This document shows, piece by piece, positions 58,387 through 64,000 of a stretch of DNA of 64,000 nt. The notes below the pieces were generated by a model that was not told where the DNA came from, made no database searches, and saw only the letters and a list, made by a program, of their open reading frames with translations. Numbering within the stretch: the stretch's first letter is position 1; each line of letters starts with the position of its first letter. Where the stretch lies: contig QCKF01000002.1 of the NCBI GenBank assembly GCA_003215545.1, positions 14,276-78,275 on the forward strand, in the 5' to 3' direction. The translations under genes and the position numbers were made by a program. This DNA is from Prochlorococcus sp. AG-409-L14 (GTDB lineage: Bacteria; Cyanobacteriota; Cyanobacteriia; PCC-6307; Cyanobiaceae).

Positions 58387-59436
58387 CTACTTAAGTGGAG
58401 GAGAGATATGTAGTCCTCCATTCAAATATGTATTATTTAGGCCTCTAGGTATTGGTACAGAACTTTTCTCTCCAAGATGCTTTTCATATATGTCTTTATA
58501 GTTTCCAGTACTTTCTATTACTTTTACTACAAAGTCATCTGGTAGACCAAGTTTGCTTCCAAGACCAGAGTCTACACCTAAAAATCTTCTTAATGAAGTT
58601 AGGCTTTTGTTGCTCCTAGCCATTTTTACTTGTTGTTGAATATTGGAATTGCTAATATTCTGTTCTTCAGCTTCAAATAGTGCATAAATAATCCAGCGAA
58701 TTGCATCTGATAAGCGTTGATCGCCTCCCCTTGAGGCTGGCGCCAGTGGTTCCTTGCTAAGTACACTATCCAAAATAATGTGATTACTTGGGTTGCTAAA
58801 TCCAAATCTTGCTGCTGCAAGTTGTGAACCATCAGATGTCATAGCTTTGCATCTATTTTGAAGATAACCTTGGACCACTTGATCAATATCTTGATACTTT
58901 ATTGGAGTATAGGATATATTTTTTTCTTGAAATGTGTCATTTAGATTTTGTTCAGTAGTTGTGCCAGAGCCTACACAAATATTAGAATTTTGTAAATCAT
59001 TTAGACTATTGATATTAGCACTCTTCTTGACCATTAGTCTTTGTCCATCGTAAAAGACTACTGGGGCAAATGTGACTCCGTTTCCACCCGAAGAATCTCT
59101 ACTTAGGTTGATCGTTGTGTTCCTTGAAAGAACATCTATCTCTCCAGTTTGTAACGCAGTAAATCTTTCAGGTGCGGTAAGAGGCCTAAATTTAACTTTT
59201 CTTGAATCCCCTAGAATACCTGCAGCAAGAGCTTTGCAGATGTCTACATCTATACCTTTATATTTGCCGTCTGATCCTAAAAAACTAAATCCTGGTATCT
59301 TTCCACTAACTCCACACACTAACTCCCCTCTTCTTTTGATTAGATTAAGCCTTGAGCCAGCTTCGCCTTCGATTTTTGCACATCCAGATGTCAAAACTGA
59401 TAGACCTACCAGCCCACTCAGTAAAGCTCTATTCAT
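58387..59436 (-). CDS. amino-acid ABC transporter periplasmic substrate-binding lipoprotein (AapJ/BztA/NatF-like)
   Basis: Lipobox (VLTSGCA). Family-3 SBP segments (GFSFLGSDGKYKGIDVDICKA, EIDVLSRNTT). Confidence 0.85.
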   Translation of the reverse strand: MNRALLSGLVGLSVLTSGCAKIEGEAGSRLNLIKRRGELVCGVSGKIPGFSFLGSDGKYKGIDVDICKALAAGILGDSRKVKFRPLTAPERFTALQTGEIDVLSRNTTINLSRDSSGGNGVTFAPVVFYDGQRLMVKKSANINSLNDLQNSNICVGSGTTTEQNLNDTFQEKNISYTPIKYQDIDQVVQGYLQNRCKAMTSDGSQLAAARFGFSNPSNHIILDSVLSKEPLAPASRGGDQRLSDAIRWIIYALFEAEEQNISNSNIQQQVKMARSNKSLTSLRRFLGVDSGLGSKLGLPDDFVVKVIESTGNYKDIYEKHLGEKSSVPIPRGLNNTYLNGGLHISPPLK

Positions 59437-59597
59437 GACGAGACTTTATATAAAAACCAAGTCTGTCAGAAATTCTAGTTATTAGAAAGAATACTATTTA
59501 TCTTGTAGATAATTGTCTTATTTATTGACTTTCATGTTCGCATTAATACTAGTAATCAAATGAGATATACATATTTTTTAGATTTTTCTGCTAGAGA

Positions 59598-61175
59598 TTA
59601 ATGAGGGCCTTCTAATCCACCTAGCCTTTCAAATAAATCCAAGCTTTCTTTGTTAAGTCCAACCACTTCTACTTTTGATCCCCCTAATGTAAGTTTCCTA
59701 ATTATTTGTTCTAGAGCAGTTACTCCTGTTTGATCCCATATGTGTGCTTCGCTCATGTCTATCTCTATCTTGTTGGGATAATTGTATAGGTCAAAACCCT
59801 GTAGGAAATATACTTTGCTTACAAAAAATAATTGTCCTGTAACTTTATACTTTAACTGTTCTTTGGATACTTCTATAGATGATACTTTAATTACTTTTGC
59901 GACTTTACGGCTAAAAAGAATACCTGCCAAAGCAACACCTGCAAGAACTCCTAGTGCAAGGTTGTGAGGTGTTGTCAGCATAGTTACTGAGAATGTCATT
60001 AGCATTACGGCTGTATCACTTTTAGGGATCTTGGATATATTTTTTAACCAGGCAAAATCTGCTGTGCTTATGGCAATAGTTATCATTACTGCAACCAATG
60101 CAGCCATAGGAATCTGTTTAAGCCATGGTTTACACAAAATGATCATGATTAGCAAACTTAAGCCTGAAAATAATGTTGATAACCTTGTTCTCCCTCCATT
60201 TTCTGTGTTCATCACTGATTGCCCAACAAGTGCACATCCTGCCATTCCCCCAAATAAAGAAGAAACAACGTTTGCTATTCCTTGGCCTCTAGCTTCAATA
60301 TTTTTATTTGAATTTGTATCAGTCATGTCATCAACAATATCTTGAGTTAGGAAAGTCTCCATTAGTCCAACTAATGATATCGCTAATGCTGTAGGTAAAA
60401 CTAAGCCAAATGTTTCTAGATTAAATGGCACTTTTCCATTTGAAATATCGCCAAATGGATTAGTAAATGTTGGCAATCCATTTGGCAATTGTCCAAGGTC
60501 TTCTACGGTTGGAATATTGATCTTAAATAAGACAGTTATCAGGGTAATAGTTACTATAGCAACTAGTTGTGGTGGTATTACTTTAGTTATTTTAGGAAGC
60601 CCATAAATAATTAAGAGACCTAAACCTACTAAAAGCCAAATTATAGGAATTTGACTGAATGTAGGAAGATACCCATTCGTCTTATCACCTATAGATATTA
60701 CTTCACTATGGTGAAAATTTAAGCCTAGTTGTGGAAATTGAGCCTGTAATATTAGTAATGCTAAGGCATTAACAAATCCACTTAGAACACCTTGTGGAAC
60801 AAATCTCATTTGATAAGCAAGGCGGAGATAGCCCCATAGAATTTGAAATATCCCTGTTAATAGACCTGCTGCCATCAAATATGAGACGCCTAATCCATCA
60901 CCTTTTGCATTTCCTATTGCCACAATTCCTGTCATAAGTAGTGCTGTAGATCCTGTCGCAGATGTGATCATTCCCATACGACCACCAACAATTGCGATGG
61001 TTATAGATAGGCAAAATGCTCCAAAAAGTCCTACCTGTGGATCTACACCAGCAATACCTGAGAATGCAATCGCTTCAGGAATCATTGCGAATGCGACAAC
61101 AAGTCCTGATAACAAATCCTGCTTTGGGTTTGTCAGCCACTGTTGGGCATTTGAGAGTTCTAGTGATTTCGTCAT
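59598..61175 (-). CDS. SulP-family anion permease with C-terminal STAS domain
   Basis: [25 protein letters not shown]-terminal signature, about 11 TM helices, and a C-terminal STAS domain ([20 protein letters not shown]). Confidence 0.85.
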   Translation of the reverse strand: MTKSLELSNAQQWLTNPKQDLLSGLVVAFAMIPEAIAFSGIAGVDPQVGLFGAFCLSITIAIVGGRMGMITSATGSTALLMTGIVAIGNAKGDGLGVSYLMAAGLLTGIFQILWGYLRLAYQMRFVPQGVLSGFVNALALLILQAQFPQLGLNFHHSEVISIGDKTNGYLPTFSQIPIIWLLVGLGLLIIYGLPKITKVIPPQLVAIVTITLITVLFKINIPTVEDLGQLPNGLPTFTNPFGDISNGKVPFNLETFGLVLPTALAISLVGLMETFLTQDIVDDMTDTNSNKNIEARGQGIANVVSSLFGGMAGCALVGQSVMNTENGGRTRLSTLFSGLSLLIMIILCKPWLKQIPMAALVAVMITIAISTADFAWLKNISKIPKSDTAVMLMTFSVTMLTTPHNLALGVLAGVALAGILFSRKVAKVIKVSSIEVSKEQLKYKVTGQLFFVSKVYFLQGFDLYNYPNKIEIDMSEAHIWDQTGVTALEQIIRKLTLGGSKVEVVGLNKESLDLFERLGGLEGPH

Positions 61176-61204
61176 TTAGCTCAATACCATTTTCTGAAAA
61201 TAAA

Positions 61205-62425
61205 TCAAAGCGGCGGAAGCATGCCATTTGGATCACAATTTAATTTAAGTCTTTGAAGTTCTGGTAACCAATGTCCAAAAGCACTCTTTATTTCTTTCTT
61301 ATACCAGGACAAATGGGGATGCATCTGAGCTTGGTGGATTCCTGGACAATAATTTGACAATGATGACCAAGCTTCTTCCATCCATTTGAGGCTTTCCAAC
61401 CTTGCAGAGCTGTCTCCAGCTGGCCAGGATGCGGTTATCCAAGGCTTCCATACAGCATCCCTGTGTATAAAAGATGTCAAATCTGTATTATTAGTCTTTG
61501 TAACTTCACCTAACTGCTGAGAAGCAATTGAACAATTATCATTTGGACGCAGTTTTATTAGACTACGAACTATATTAATAATATTTTTTGTATTATCACC
61601 CCATTTGGGTCCTAGTAACCCGAGAACCTCAGAGTGATTTTTCACACCTTTTACTATGTTTTGCGATTTATCTTGAAGAATAGGTAAATCATTTAACTTT
61701 TTATGATTCATGTATATACTATTGTTATTTATCAGATTACTAGATTTTAATTCTTCAATAAATTTAATTGATTTCTGATCATTTCTTTTAACTAGTAGAT
61801 ACATATATATCTTATTAGCCCATATCCATTGGAGACTAATTCCCTGCGGTGCTTCTTCAGAAGCCTGTATTAGAGAAGTTAAATTATTTAGATCTACTTG
61901 TTGATATATGCTAACTATAGGCTCAAGTTTCACTGTCTTTAATCTAACCTTGGTAACTATTGCTAGATAAGGTGCTGCGCCACATAAGCCTTTCCAGAGT
62001 AACTTTATATCATTACTAGATGATTCATTCGGCCTTTTTATTAGAAATTTTTCTCCATTTCCAAAAAAGCCTTCTATCTGTTTAATCTTGTCTATAGCCA
62101 GCCCTTCACTTCTACTCATTGGACTAATACCTCCTGTCAAGATGTAACCCATACCAGTTTTGCCAGATAAACCTATTGGAAAGCTATAGTTGTACTTGTA
62201 AAGTTGATCTATAAGATCACTCATAAGAACTCCTCCGCCAATTTCTACTTCCTTAGTTTTATTAATGAATTTAATTTTTTTATAGAAATTTCTTAGGTCA
62301 AGCGTCCAGTGATCATGAGCAGCACATCTAGATGTGGTTCCACCACTACAAACTAATAAAGGGGGATTTTGAAGTTTCCCAGTACGGAGGAGTTCAATAA
62401 GGTGATTGTCAACCTTCTCAAGCAC
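61205..62425 (-). CDS. FAD-linked oxidase with berberine-bridge-enzyme-like C-terminus
   Basis: PCMH-type FAD-binding region (VCSGGT, IGGGV). The C-terminal LKLNCDPNGMLPP resembles the BBE-domain DPxNxF motif. Confidence 0.55.
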   Translation of the reverse strand: MLEKVDNHLIELLRTGKLQNPPLLVCSGGTTSRCAAHDHWTLDLRNFYKKIKFINKTKEVEIGGGVLMSDLIDQLYKYNYSFPIGLSGKTGMGYILTGGISPMSRSEGLAIDKIKQIEGFFGNGEKFLIKRPNESSSNDIKLLWKGLCGAAPYLAIVTKVRLKTVKLEPIVSIYQQVDLNNLTSLIQASEEAPQGISLQWIWANKIYMYLLVKRNDQKSIKFIEELKSSNLINNNSIYMNHKKLNDLPILQDKSQNIVKGVKNHSEVLGLLGPKWGDNTKNIINIVRSLIKLRPNDNCSIASQQLGEVTKTNNTDLTSFIHRDAVWKPWITASWPAGDSSARLESLKWMEEAWSSLSNYCPGIHQAQMHPHLSWYKKEIKSAFGHWLPELQRLKLNCDPNGMLPPL

Positions 62426-62571
62426 ACCTCCTAATAGAGCATCTTGTGCAATTGAATTGTTTACTGGCAGTCGTGAAAGAATGATGGCCTCCTACTCTTA
62501 TAGAGCAGAGTAGTCTGATTCTTGGGAATAGGACGAGTCTCGCTCTGTTGGCCCTTTCATAAGCTCTTATT

Positions 62572-63657
62572 TTGAATCCTTTTGAATCCGAACAAAATCT
62601 TTCTGATATTGGCGTAATAATTTGCGGACACGGAAGTCGCAATAAGCTAGCTGTTAAGGAATTTGCAGATTTAGTACAATCAATAAGATCAAGATTGCCT
62701 GATATACCAGTCGAATACGGTTATTTAGAGTTCGCTAGGCCCATATTAGTTGATGCGCTGGATAAATTAAGAGAAAAGGGAGTGACTAGAATAATAGCAA
62801 TTCCAGCAATGTTGTTTGCGGCAGGACATTCAAAAAACGATATTCCCTCTGTCTTAAACAAATATTCTTTAAAATATGGCATTACTATCAACTATGGACT
62901 TGAACTAGGTATTAATAATCTTATGATAATGGCAGCTGCAGATAAAATCAAGAATATCCTCGGCGATCATGATGATAATACTAATAGTTTACTGGTCGTA
63001 ATAGGACGTGGATCTTCTGATCCAGATGCAAATGCTAATGTAGTTAAAATTACAAGATTGTTAGTAGAGGCTTTTGGATTCGGATGGGGAGAAACACTCT
63101 ATTCAGGTGTTACATTCCCACTTGTAGAACCTGGCTTACGTAAGATAATCTCTTTAGGATATAAGCGAATCATACTTCTCCCTTATTTTTTATTTTCAGG
63201 TGTTTTAGTTAGTCGTGTAAAGCGGCATATTCAACTAATTAGTGAAGAAAATCCTAATATCAAATTTCTAACTGCTGAGTATTTAGGAAATCAATCTTAC
63301 ATAGTCGATAATTTTATAGACAGGATAAATGAAGTGGTTAATGGTAAGAATTACATGGATTGTTCAGTATGCAAGTATCGTTCTAATTTGCCAGGGTTCG
63401 AGAAAGAAGTAGGTCTTGAACAGATAGGGCACCATCACCATGTAGAAGGAAATACTGATAGCTGCGAATTGTGCGAAGGCGAATGCACAGGTATTTGCCA
63501 GGACCAACCAGAACAACCTTTCAACCAAGCTCATACTCATAGTCACCAGCATGAACATCAGCACTCACATTTTCCTTACCCAAATAAGGACCATCCCTTA
63601 GGACCTGTCACCCTTCGCTGTTATTTTGGGCCTGAATTCAAAAAAGATTCTGATTAA
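62572..63657 (+). CDS. cbiX: sirohydrochlorin cobaltochelatase, long form (CbiX-L) with Cys-cluster and His-rich tail
   Basis: Duplicated CbiX halves (VIICGHGSR...AGHSKNDIP and VVIGRGSSDPDANA). The C-terminal CSVCKY...CELCEGECTGIC and HTHSHQHEHQHSH are typical of CbiX-L. TTG start. Confidence 0.8.
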   Translation: MNPFESEQNLSDIGVIICGHGSRNKLAVKEFADLVQSIRSRLPDIPVEYGYLEFARPILVDALDKLREKGVTRIIAIPAMLFAAGHSKNDIPSVLNKYSLKYGITINYGLELGINNLMIMAAADKIKNILGDHDDNTNSLLVVIGRGSSDPDANANVVKITRLLVEAFGFGWGETLYSGVTFPLVEPGLRKIISLGYKRIILLPYFLFSGVLVSRVKRHIQLISEENPNIKFLTAEYLGNQSYIVDNFIDRINEVVNGKNYMDCSVCKYRSNLPGFEKEVGLEQIGHHHHVEGNTDSCELCEGECTGICQDQPEQPFNQAHTHSHQHEHQHSHFPYPNKDHPLGPVTLRCYFGPEFKKDSD

Positions 63658-64000
63658 TCGCCTGACTCATCCGTCTCTTTCTCGAATGCGTCGCAAGGGA
63701 CTCGCTACATATAAGTATGGCTAATGTATTTCTTTGTACGATCTTTTTAGGCCAATTTCCACAGATCTAAGTAGTTTTTCCACTGCTTATTAGTCCAGAT
63801 TTCTTGTGAAATCAGGAAACCTGTGGGTTTTGCATTATGTTCAAATGAGACTTGACATAAGTGGAGTTTCCCTTGTCTTAAGCGACAAAACATAGGCATG
63901 CGTTTAAAACCCCTTGCTGTGAAATGAGTCTTAAGCTGTCTCGCTTATCTCTTTAATACTTTTTTTACCTTTGACTAGATGGCCAACATTGTGGATTCTT

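Noticed and set aside
62426-62571. Possible cobalamin riboswitch upstream of cbiX.
   Set aside because: A GTGAAAG fragment is present. However, the GGGAA/GGTG core, the CCCCGCNACTGT segment and the B12 box (AGYCAGGAGACCTGCC-like) cannot be found in order.
63979-64000. ATG at 63979 (MANIVDS...) as the start of a gene running off the right edge.
   Set aside because: Only seven codons are visible, which is insufficient evidence for a feature call.

Overview
AT-rich, gene-dense bacterial chromosome segment. I read it as a marine picocyanobacterium, most likely Prochlorococcus. The reasons are a Pcb-type chlorophyll a/b antenna gene (protein starts [27 protein letters not shown]), tandem class II and class I fructose-bisphosphate aldolases, phosphoribulokinase, a CrtL-type lycopene cyclase and many short intergenic spacers.

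Layout:
- (a) 1-21.9 kb is a conserved housekeeping block: upp fragment, pentapeptide protein, COG0523 GTPase, purS-purQ, cbbA, fda, accD, prk, leuB, lpxD, proB, ruvX, hisA, pgsA.
- (b) About 21.9-30.9 kb looks like a hypervariable, island-like segment. It is full of small orphan ORFs and holds a three-member paralog family of membrane-anchored Cys-motif proteins, an ArsM-like methyltransferase, an excisionase-like HTH gene, a poly-C tract and a hexanucleotide microsatellite.
- (c) pcb, followed by accessory transport and redox genes: GltS-like symporter, HIBADH-family dehydrogenase, GST-like protein, two SDRs flanking crtL, MscS channel, isochorismatase-family hydrolase, Fur-family regulator.
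- (d) An ArsS-type radical-SAM gene sits in a module with a StpA-like phosphatase, a divergent GpsA-like protein and a NahK/MtnK-like sugar kinase. I flag this as the most interesting candidate system, for the unassigned late steps of arsenosugar synthesis. This is a hypothesis only.
- (e) metY-metA, a fused APH-like/P-loop kinase, alkB, an Ala/Lys-repeat membrane protein, a four-gene polar amino-acid ABC transporter, a SulP permease, a BBE-like FAD oxidase and a long-form CbiX.

I could not recognise any rRNA, tRNA, CRISPR array, transposase or integrase. All functional calls rest on motif recognition from memory, with no searches run. Start codons are provisional.
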